A stretch of DNA of 64,000 nt from Macrostomum lignano (lineage: Eukaryota), in assembly GCA_002269645.1 (NCBI GenBank), contig NIVC01001367.1, positions 62,001 through 126,000 on the forward strand, written 5' to 3'. The notes beneath the pieces are model-generated. The model saw nothing but the letters and a program-made list of their open reading frames with translations. It ran no database searches and was not told where the DNA came from. Numbering within the stretch: the first letter of the stretch is position 1; each line of letters begins with the position of its first letter. This document shows positions 22,701 to 33,200 of this stretch, piece by piece. A program made the position numbers and the translations under genes.

Positions 22701-22969
22701 ATAACAAGAGGTTGCAGAACTTTTTGATCACCCCTCGTAACAAGCTTTCAAAAAGCAACATCAAATAATCAAATCAAATTACAAATATCAAATCAAAGAA
22801 TCACTATACTATATTTAGGGCTAGGCAATTTTTTCCACATACCTGAAATCATCGATGCATTTATACGGCTACAAGCTGGAGCAGTTAAAGTCTCTTTTAA
22901 AAATGCACTCGTACATGATGTCGCTCCAGGCAATGAGCGAAGCTTTAGGATGTGCTTCAAGTTAATCAT
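16737..22969 (-). CDS. NDUFS3: NADH:ubiquinone oxidoreductase 30-kDa subunit; exons 22969-22843, 18866-18819, 17389-16737
   Basis: [43 protein letters not shown] signature. Two small upstream exons encode a presequence-like N-terminus ([15 protein letters not shown]...) and splice in phase 1 at both junctions (G|GT, C|CC). Confidence 0.95.
17428..18650. repeat. ~37-38-bp minisatellite in NDUFS3 intron 2 (~32 copies)
   Basis: AAGGCGTGAATTGAGTGGGCGGATGGGTCACTTGTTC and variants. Confidence 0.96.
19025..20397. repeat. 42-bp AT-rich minisatellite in NDUFS3 intron 1 (~33 copies)
   Basis: AATTATTGAAGACACTAATTTAGTTCATAGCAGACACAGGTG. Confidence 0.97.
21417..22737 (-). mobile_element. Full-length (~1.32 kb) decayed mariner/Tc1 transposon in NDUFS3 intron 1
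   Basis: TA-flanked ~26-bp TIRs (TGAGAAGTGATCAATAAGTTGTGCAA and revcomp CGAGGGGTGATCAAAAAGTTCTGCAA). The minus strand encodes [23 protein letters not shown] and [16 protein letters not shown] with stops and frameshifts. Confidence 0.92.
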
Positions 22970-23446
22970 ATTTTTTATAACTTAATGTCTAACAAATTGG
23001 TACTTTAAATCGCTAGGAAACTTTAAAGATAGGCTTATGATATAAAACAAACAAACCCTCGGTACGACTGATTTAGAATACTTTTTACTATATCCAACTA
23101 TAAGCGTAAGGCTTCTCAACTTTAGTAAAAATTTTAATACTAGAAACGTGTAACAACTTGTAAAGGTTAGTTAGTTAGAATATTTAACTCGATAATAAAT
23201 TTTAAATTTAAGAGTAGATTTTAACAAAGAAATCTTTTTTTATTGATTAAGGCAGCTTTATATTAACTCGAAACTTATAATAATTTTTTTAAATGTTTAA
23301 AAAATGAAACATTTGATCGTTGCTATGTTTATTAGCTTTTATTTTGTACACAGATTATATATTTTGACATCGAATTCTTTCCTCAATTTGCTCAAATTTA
23401 GAAACAACGCGCACTCTCTGCTTTTCTGTTAATATTAATTCTCAAA
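22970..23446. promoter_or_regulatory. Probable bidirectional promoter between NDUFS3 and TMEM107
   Basis: Divergent ATGs 477 bp apart; AT-rich sequence that retains CpG. Confidence 0.6.
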
Positions 23447-24741
23447 ATGAGGGTCAACGGTCTAATCCCAGCCCGCTTTCTTGTTCTGATTTCTCATATT
23501 GTTATTACTGTAACGATCTTCATTTCAAGAGTAAGTTTTTGCATGACATTTAATATTTAGTGTGACTTTTAATCCGAATATTACTCTGGCTTTCAACAAG
23601 AGATTTTTAGATTTCTTGCTCTTTTTAGACTTGCTTTTCAGCTGAATCAGAGAATAGGAAAATACATTTTTAATAATTTTTCATGTGCTGCTGAATGGAA
23701 TGAAGTAAATACGTTCCATTTTAGTACATAGTATTTAGTAAATGTTATGTTATCTGCTTGGGGTAAATTTTATCACATTATACGGTTTGTCTGTAGGGCT
23801 TTTAATGACAAATCAATCAATACTGAAATTACTTTTTATGCCATCTGATTTTAGGATCTTCACATAAAAGCATCTCTGTCGACTACGTACACTACTGCCG
23901 AATACAATGCGGAGGACCTCAAGTAAGATTGATTGTCCTCTTTACTTTTTTATTGGGAACTGGTTTATTTTTTCAAATAAAATATTTTTGACCTTGTGTG
24001 CTTTCAGGTTCATCATCGTACTGGCAGTCTCGTGCTTCCTGTTCGCATTCGAGTTGCTATCCTTCCTGTTCGGCGTGACGATGTTCCTGCCGACACAGAG
24101 CCTTTTCTGTATCCTTTCAAAAAAATTGCTTATTTGACATGCTCTCATAGGCCCAAAAATGCTTAGGCTAGGTAGAATTCAAGGAAAATCTCCTTAACTC
24201 TGTCCCATCCCTTCAGCCATCATAATCCACTGCGGCGGCACCGTCAGCTCCTGCTACTTCGTGCTCTGGGCCTGGAGCTACAGCCGCTTCTGGCCGATCT
24301 TCGCTGTGACCATCGCGCTGCCAGCCCTGCTGGACCTCAGCCAGCTCATAGAGCGGGGCCTCCGCAAGCAGCTGTGATGAAGCCCAACTGCACCTCCCCA
24401 GCAGCCACCGGTCTTTCCCGTCCAACCCCACTAGGCGGCTGCTGTGCAGCGCAGAGAAATCAATAAATCTGTCAGCCATTCCTTAACTCCTCGATTCCTC
24501 AAACCGAATCGCAGCCACCGCCTCGCACTTCGCCGGCTCCGTGGCGCTGCTGCTGTTCCTGCTCGACTCCTGGCCCGTCAACGACTTCTTCTACATCTTC
24601 GGTTTCTGCATCGCCTTCCCGGCCGTCACCGAAGTCTTCGCCATCATCTCCGCCTTCTCCTACTCGCCCAAGTCTGCCGAGGCGCCCGCCAAATCCTCCA
24701 AGCAGGCGGCCGGGCAGCGGGGCGGCGCCAAAGCCTCCTGA
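23447..24741 (+). CDS. TMEM107: Transmembrane protein 107 (ciliary transition zone); exons 23447-23530, 23855-23922, 24008-24108, then alternative last exon 24217-24377 or 24515-24741
   Basis: MRVNGLIPARFLVLISHIVITVTIFISR / DLHIKASL..EY / FELLSFLFGVTMF..QSL / H..SVAL..W....IF.FC.A.PAVTE align to the TMEM107 sequence as I recall it. All phases are consistent. Confidence 0.9.
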
Positions 24742-25390
24742 ATTCCAAAATCGTCCATCGTCGGTTCTCGTGGAGGGTGTGACAAATTTTGCGTCTCACA
24801 AATTATTGTTGCATGGTTGGTGCGAATTTGTATTTATCTGGTTGCCTGTGCCCCCGCAAAGCTCGGTTGCCATCCAAAGGTCCTTGGCATGCCAGATTTC
24901 CTGTTTCGAATTCCTCTGTCCAGGCCGCTGCGGGCCGGCCCTGCAGCCACAGACAGAAATGTCAAGTGTAGCTATTGTTTAATATTTTCAAAGGCTCCTG
25001 AGATCAACCAATCGCTCGGAATGATATTCCTGCTTCGCTGGTACCATAGTATGAGCAAATAAAATCTCAAGCGCTTCTTACATTTCTAAAATGGATTTCT
25101 GGTCTCATTTTTTCTCAAATTTTACAGTCCGGCTTTAACTGACTACTGTTGAAGCAGTTGTTCTCTAATCCAGCGAGGAACTGCAGCCAGCTGTAGACTT
25201 TATTGACATTTTATGGCCAGATGAAAGACTCAAGCCTTCAGTTTAAGTTTATTTCTCCACTGAAAAAATAAAAAAACAGAAAGCGATTGCGGCGCTCAGG
25301 TCTCACAGTCTTGGATTGCACCAGCGGCTCAGTCGGTGCCAGCTTCGTCACAGGCTGAGCTGGCAGCACATTTTGGCCCGCTGGGCACCT

Positions 25391-25889
25391 TCAAGACCTC
25401 CGGTGCATCAAGCTGCCGTCCAGGGTCGGCCAGATTGACCGCTGCTCCGCAAGCGACGGCAGTGGGACCGCGGTGCCAGCCGCAGTGGACCGGCTGGCTC
25501 TGCGCAGTCCCGCGCCCGCTGCCGAGCCCCGCGCCCTGCCGTTCGGCGCGACTCTCAAGGACTGTCTGGTCGCGGACTGCGCATCCGCCGCCTGCGACTG
25601 CCGCTGCACGCCGCCCTCTGAACTGCCGCTGCCACCGCGACCGGCCTGCAGCAGCGCCGGCCTGGCCGCCGCCTGAACCGCCGAGTTGCTGGCGATCGGC
25701 GCCGTCGTTGTCGCTGAGGCTGCGGCCGCCTTCCGTCTGCCGAGGCAGAAAAATCGCCACCTGCTGGGCCTCCGCCGCTCCTGCTGCTCCTGCGGCTCCG
25801 GCTGTTGCATCAGATGCGGCTGCTGCTGCTGCTGCGGATGCTGCCGCTGCCCCTGCTGCTCAGTCTGTCCTGACGGGGCTGCTGCAGTC
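25391..25889 (-). CDS. Putative Gln/Ala-rich low-complexity terminal exon of an unknown gene
   Basis: Open frame from acceptor ttcag|G at 25889 to TGA at 25391; GC-rich. No recognisable domain. Confidence 0.35.
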
Positions 25890-26300
25890 CTGAACTTGAC
25901 ATGGTTCAGATTGCCAGCCCCTCAACCTCTCCTTGATCCTGAGAAGTTTCGGCTTAGCTTTGTAAATTTGTCTGGCTAATCCCTGCTGCCTGGGGCGGCA
26001 CTACAGACGAACTTCACTGAGTTGGAAACCTCGCAAAACAGGAAGCTCACATATTGACTTGCTGGCGCTTTGAGCCATAGACACCAGCGGCAGCTCTGAA
26101 GGCTGGATAGAGGACTATAAATAGCGCTCAGTGGAACTGCTATGTTATATACCTGCTCTTTTGAGCCTCATAAATGATAATATACATTTAGCCAGAGTTA
26201 CCTTTGTAAATTTTAGAGTGCTTACGTTTTAGAGTTCTTAATAAAATTCTAGATGTCTGTTTTCACAAGCTCGAAACTTCATAAGCTACTTACTGTGCAA

Positions 26301-27140
26301 GTGAGCAGTCAGTGCAGCCAGTGAGCAGTGGGTGCAGCCAGTGAGCAGTGGGTGCAGCCAGTGAGCAGTGAGTGCCTCCAGTGAGCAGTGAGTGCCTCCA
26401 GTGAGCAGTGAGTGCATCCAGTGAGCAGTGAGTGCATCCAGTGAGCAGTGGGTGCAGCCAGTGAGCAGTGAGTGCAGCCAGTGAGCAGTGGGTGCAGCCA
26501 GTGAGCAGTGAGTGCATCCAGTGAGCAGTGAGTGCATCCAGTGAGCAGTGAGTGCATCCAGTGAGCAGTGAGTGCATCCAGTGAGCAGTGAGTGCATCCA
26601 GTGAGCAGTGGGTGCAGCCAGTGAGCAGTGAGTGCAGCCAGTGAGCAGTGGGTGCAGCCAGTGAGCAGTGAGTGCATCCAGTGAGCAGTGAGTGCATCCA
26701 GTGAGCAGTGAGTGCCTCCAGTGAGCAGTGAGTGCATCCAGTGAGCAGTGAGTGCATCCAGTGAGCAGTGGGTGCAGCCAGTGAGCAGTGAGTGCAGCCA
26801 GTGAGCAGTGGTGCATCCAGTGAGCAGTGAGTGCATCCAGTGAGCAGTGAGTGCATCCAGTGAGCAGTGAGTGCATCCAGTGAGCAGTGAGTGCATCCAG
26901 TGAGCAGTGGGTGCAGCCAGTGAGCAGTGAGTGCAGCCAGTTAGCAGTGAGTGCATCCAGTGAGCAGTGAGTGCATCCAGTGAGCAGTGAGTGCCTCCAG
27001 TGAGCAGTGGGTGCAGCCAGTTAGCAGTGAGTGCATCCAGTGAGCAGTGAGTGCATCCAGTGAGCAGTGAGTGCATCCAGTGAGCAGTGAGTGCCTCCAG
27101 TGAGCAGTGGGTGCAGCCAGTGAGCAGTGGGTGCAGCCAG
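26301..27140. repeat. 20-bp minisatellite (~42 copies) GTGAGCAGTGAGTGCATCCA
   Basis: Direct periodicity; explains the HSLLTGCTHC ORFs in the track. Confidence 0.97.
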
Positions 27141-27909
27141 TTGGGTGCAGCTTTGCTACTTTTAGTAGAGCAGAAGGATTTGTTCAGCATTTGGCACAGT
27201 AAATTCCGAATCCCTGAGTGGCGTTGAGCACCGAGCCGGCAGTAGCAATATTTGCGAGCACAAGCAAGCAAGCAGGCCGCCTGCTTCGCTGCCGCCATTC
27301 GATCCTTATCAGAGCGTGTGAGAATCCGCCCCGCAAATCCCCCTATCGCCACCCCCTCTGGCTCAATTAATTTTCCCGGGCGCCTGCATTTGCCCCGCTG
27401 CGACCTTCTTCAAGTCCTTGAAAATCGGGGAAGCCGCTGTTGTTGACGGGAAAAATTGGTGCTGTTGATAAACAGACTCAGGGTTGCTCAGGCTAAGAGC
27501 AGCCTGAAAATCTGTATATCGAAAATGTGTTTCTTACAAACTGTGAAAGAATATTCAGTCCCCTATCTCTACACAAAAGCTGCTTGAAGGCAGAATATTT
27601 CGGCATTTGGGTTTCTGCGCATCCGCCGAAGAGCTCCGAATTTCTGTGTTCGAAAGGCGCGCCTGCTCAACTGCGCACTGGCTGCCCCGCCTTTGCGACT
27701 CAGCGAGCCTGCTCAGCATCTGCGCACCACAGCTCTGAGCCGTGAAAGCGCTTTCGGCCAGGTCCGGTGGAGCCTTGCAGAGTTGCTGCCCACAGGTCTT
27801 CGGTTGAGAACTGCTCACTTTGTAGGAATGAAGGACTTGGCTGAGTTTTCCTGCTGGATATTTCTCTGGCTAACCCGGAGACGACTTTCAACTTCCGGGC
27901 ACTCTGTTA

Positions 27910-28720
27910 TCTCTTCTGGCACTCCGCTTTTTCCTCTGGCACTCCACTCTCTCTTGTGGCACTCCAATCTCTCTTGTGGCACTCCAATCTCTCATCTGGC
28001 ACTCCACTCTCTCTTGTGGCATTCCAATCTCTCATCTGGCACTCCACTCTCTCATCTGGCACTCCACTCTCTCTTCTGGCACTCCAATATCTCATCTGGC
28101 ACTCCAATCTCTCATCTGGCACTCCACTCTCTCTTGTGGCACTCCAATCTCTCATCTGGCACTCCACTCTCTCATCTGGCACTCCACTCTCTCATCTGGC
28201 ACTCCAATCTCTCTTCTGGCACTCTGCTCTCTTCTGGCACTCCGCTTTTTCCTCTGGCACTCCACTCTCTCTTCTGGCACTCCAATCTCTCTTGTGGCAC
28301 TCCAATCTCTCTTGTGGCACTCCACTCTCTCTTGTGGCACTCCAATCTCTCATCTGGCACTCCAATCTCTCTTGTGGCACTCCAATCTCTCTTGTGGCAC
28401 TCCAATCTCTCTTTTGGCACTCCAATGTTTCATCTGGCACTCCAATCTCTCATCTAACACTCCAATCTCTCTTTTGGCACTCCAATGTTTCATCTGGCAC
28501 TCCAATCTCTCATCTGACACTCCAATCTCTCTTTTGGCACTCCAATCTCTCATCTGGCACTCCACTCTCTCATCTGGCACTCCACTCTCTCTTCTGGCAC
28601 TCCAATCTCTCATCTGGCACTCCAATCTCTCATCTGGCACTCCACTCTCTCTTGTGGCACTCCAATCTCTCATCTGGCACTCCAATCTCTCATCTGGCAC
28701 TCTAATCTATATTCTGGCAC
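27910..28720. repeat. 20-bp pyrimidine-rich minisatellite (~40 copies) CTCTTGTGGCACTCCAATCT
   Basis: Direct periodicity. Confidence 0.96.
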
Positions 28721-30235
28721 TTCACTATCTTCTCTAGCACCCCACCCCACAAAGCTCAGGTTATGCCCACAGAATGTCTGACAATGCTATACTCGTATAC
28801 GAGTATTTTGACTTCAGTTCAATCCTAAACTACTTACATTGTTCTCGCCGTTGGCGGTATAACGCGAATATTCATGGATTGCATAATATTCCCGAATTCA
28901 CAAATGGCGAGAGGCTGATTCACCATTCTGTGTAAGTTAACAGCATTGCATAGCATTGCTATATCCCAGAGCAATGGGATTTTCCTCCCACTGCAAGTGG
29001 TTTCCCATTGTCTCAGGCTTAACACAGTCTTGTCTTCTCCTGTCGGCTTGGGAAGTGCAGGGGGATCTGGCGGAATTGAAGGAGAATCTCTTTCCTCTCC
29101 GTTTCCATTTCGCACGGCTGGCCTGGCAACTCAGAGCCCAAGTGGGGGGGGGGCGGTGGGTTCGTCAGGCTGCCCGCCCGCCCTGGAGCGACTCGGGCCG
29201 CGTCGGGCCGCGCCATTGGCCAGGCCTGGGCGAGGGGCGCGCGAACCGCTGGGCTGTTTAAGAGCGGCAGCCAGGCGAGTCGGGGCGAGTCGGAAGGAGA
29301 GGCGCAGCGACAACCTGACTAACGAGAGGCGCGAACCCCGGATGCGCCCCGCCCAGTGAGACGCCAAAGAGCGACACAAACAGCCCGAGCTTCCACCGGC
29401 CAAGTGAGTCTCCTCGCCATGTGTCGCCCACAAAAAGCTCATCAAATCCCTATTTGCACAGCTATCACCGCTTGTCTGAAATTCATTTGTACCCAGATAA
29501 AAATCCCTCCTCAGCTTGAATTCCCCAGTCTATTTCACCCCCTGCTCAGCTGAGCTGCTCTGTTGCTAAGCGCTCCGCTCCCAATCAAAAAACAACGCGG
29601 ATTTCTCAGTGGAGCAGACGGCGAAATGAGGCTGGATGGGGGAGGGGCGCTGAGAACCTTGACAGGCTGCCCAGCTCTCCCAGTCTCTCCCAGTCTCTCA
29701 TTGTTCTGCCTCTCCTACCCCAGGCTGATGGCGTACGCTGCCCCCGCCCACAGCCTCAAAGTGCAGGTGCTCAGGCTGGTGCTCAGCCGTTATCGATTGA
29801 GAAACTCCGTCCGCTCTCAGCCGCCCCGGCCCGCAGCCTCCCTGAATTCTCGCCGCGCTCTCCAGCCTCCAAAAAGTGCCTCCCGGGCATCCGCGTCCAG
29901 CTGGGAATTGTTTGCCCTGCCCACCAGCCCCGGCGCCAGCCCTCCCTGCCAGCCCCCCGCTCTCTGCGACCCGCCAGGAGTGAGCAGGGAGCCGCCGCCT
30001 GCCCGTCCTCCTGCGCCCACCTTTTTCACCTCCCCCCCACCTCGTCAAAAACTGTATTTGGGCCGGCTCCGCGGCTCAGCAGGAGCAGCAGAGGGTTGGA
30101 GAATCAGCCCTTAGCCAGAGGAATCGCATCCGCTCGCACTGGTATTTCTCTGCTTTGAGTTCTTCTTCCACCGTACAAGGATTTCTGCAAACGCCCCCGC
30201 TTTTCAAATTTTCATAGCCGTCGAAGTCGACCGCC

Positions 30236-33200
30236 ATGTCCGGCTGGCACTCCCTGTCCGGACTGCTGTACAGCAAGCCCACTGGCGGTGAGTTGCCGAC
30301 GCCTCTGTGCTGCACCGCAGGCTGAGCCCGCGGCCTTCAAACTCACCCGACCCCCCCCCCTTCACCACCTCTTGCAGCCTTCAGCCGGTTCAAGTCCAAG
30401 CGGCCGCAGTACTATGTGTTCGAGGAGAGCAAGTGCCAGCTGCACTTCTACAAGGACAAGCACGAGGCCGCGCAGAAGGACAAGGAACCGCTGGGCACCA
30501 TCAACGTGCGCGGCGCCTCCATCACGCTACACTTTGAGGAGCCAAACAGCTTCGTCATCAAGTGAGTCAGTTTTGGTGGCGTGGGAGCTGCTTTGAGCGC
30601 TGCCGCAAATCCACGCCCAGATTCTTAGTGTCTGAGCTTCTGAAAACTGGGAGTGCAAAGCTTATAGAGGTCCTCGATTCGAATCCGTCCGCAGCTCCGA
30701 CAGCAAGGAGTTCATCCTGCAGGCGGAGAATCACGAGTCCATGATGATCTGGCTGCTGGCGCTGCAGGCCAACCGGGACGCCTTCGCCAGCCGGGAGCTC
30801 AAGCCCGAGAACAGCCGGATGAGCAAGCAGCTCGCCCTGGCTCACAAGCGGGTGAGAAATGCTCGTAAATCCCCATGGGGCTTTGCAGTCACTCCTCCCA
30901 GGGTCCGAGTGCCCCATCCAGGCCCCCAGCTCGAGGTGCCGCGGAAATTGCCCCCGGAAGCAGCGGAACCGCAACGGCCTCGAACCCCCGGCTGGCTTTC
31001 CATAATTTACTCACGTTTTACGACCGGCCGCTGCAAGAACTCGAACTTCAAAAGCAACAAGGCCAAGAAAGGCTGAAACCAAGGACAACTGAAGTATATA
31101 ACGTAACTTGAGTTGTCCTTGGCTGAAACTACAAAAGCAGTTGTTTGAAAGAGGCGGATTGTCTCGCGCAAGCGACGAGTTGCGGGCTCAGCGCTTCCGC
31201 CCACCGCCGCCCCCGGAGCGGAGGTGGGGCAGGGGCGGCCGCACACGGCTGAGGAGCCCCCCCCCCACGGTCGGAACTCGGTGGCAATTTCGCTGTCTTA
31301 TCGATCGGGATTTGCCCCCCCCCGGTGTTCACGCATGTGGAAAGTGCTGGCGGGGGGGGGCGCACCGGTGTCAGCCGCTGCGACCTCTCAGTACGCGGCA
31401 CACGCGGCGGCCCCCAGCTGTTGCCACGGGCCAGGGGAGCAGAGCGGAGCAGCTCCCAGCGCGGGCCCAAGCTTTGGAAGATTTGCTGGCAAAGCGTGGG
31501 TTTAAATTTGGTATCGCGTGGCTTTAGACTTTTAGCCGGCTCGGGATTTACAGATTGGTTTTTTGCTGTATGTGGCATTAATATCATGTCGGTTAATCCA
31601 ATGATTCATGACAGCAGTTCAAGGTGTCCGCCAATAGAAGGAGTATGTAGATTGTAGGAGTATCGTTCCTGCCAATTGCAATGAACAGGAGAAACAGAGA
31701 GTTCAGTTGGAGACTGGTAGCGACCATGCGTCCCTCAGACTGCTATTTTTTCCAACCGGGTTGAATCTGACCTTGAATTTCTCAGTCTGATGGCCACAGA
31801 AAGTACAATTTTCATAAATTGGTGGTCACTGAGGACTGTTGAGAATTGCAGGCAGATCAGCTTTGTTATTTCAGGGTCAACTATGCTTGAAAGCTTGGGC
31901 TTAACTGAGCAAACTGATTTCAGCTCTTTATACTTCTAGCCATGCACTCTATAGTCTATGGCCTAACCTTCCCAGCTCCGAATCTCCTCTGCAAACTGAC
32001 TTCAGCGCTTCATAAGTCTAGCCATGTACTATAGTCTATGGCCTAACCTTCCCAGCTCCGAATCTCCTCTGCAAACTGACTTCAGCGCTTCATAAGTCTA
32101 GCCATGTACTATAGTCTATGGCCTAACCTTCCCAGCTCCGAATCTCCTCTGCAAACTGACTTCAGCGCTTCATAAGTCTAGCCATGTACTATAGTCTATG
32201 GCCTAACCTTCCCAGCTCCGAATCTCCTCTGCAAACTGACTTCAGCGCTTCATAAGTCTAGCCATGTACTATAGTCTATGGCCTAACCTTCCCAGCTCCG
32301 AATCTCCTCTGCAAACTGATATTTCAGCGCTTCAGCGATAACACGGACAGGCACTACTCATGGACTGTGAGTGACCCCTCTGGCCCCTGCACCCCCTGCA
32401 TGCCGCGGTGATTATCGGTGCCACCACCTGCCCCCCCCCCGTGTTGTGCTTTCGGTGCTCCTGGTGGCTTTGGCTGCGATAGCCCTGATGATATAGTTAT
32501 TATTAGCTGATTAGCCCGCACCGCTAGCTGCTGCTAATTGTAGCTCTTACACCACCGAGCCTCAGGCCCACCGATCATGTTTATCCTGCACAGCGGCATT
32601 TTATAGTGTGCATATTTATTCTGCTGAGGCCTGGTGAAGTCGTTTGGCAGAAACTGCTTTTCGTGTTTTGTCCTTAATCTCGAGTCCCGAACCCTGAATT
32701 TAGAGTCCCAAACCCTGAATCTCGAGTCCCTAATCCTGAATCTCGAGTCCCAAACCCTGAATCTAGAGTCCCAAACCCTGAATCTCGAGTCCCAATTCCT
32801 GAATCTCGAGTCCCAAACCCTGAATCTCGAGTCCCTAATCCTGAATCTCGAGTCCCAAACCCTGAATCTCGAGTCCCAATTTCTGAATCTCGAGTCCCGA
32901 ATCCTGAATCTCGAGTCCCGAATCCTAAATCTCGCGTCCCAAGTTCTGAATCTGGTACCCTGAATCTGAACCTTCAAATCCTGAGCTACAGAAACTGGCA
33001 GGCAGTGCGGCACTTTAAGCCACTCAAATATTTAGTTAAACTCGAATTCCCACAGTTTTCGATTTTCCCGCTAGCCTACCGTTGGCGGGGAACTCGGACT
33101 GCACTTTCGAATAGCCGCTAATCCTGATTGCATGGTGCACTCTAGCAGGTGTTTTAAGTTACGCTAATATGTTAATAGTGTCAATTATGTTAATGATTTC

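Noticed and set aside
27555-29115. Possible minus-strand exons (donor AT|GTAAGT at 28837; ORFs 27555-27891)
   Set aside because: Could not be joined into a consistent frame and no domain was recognised.
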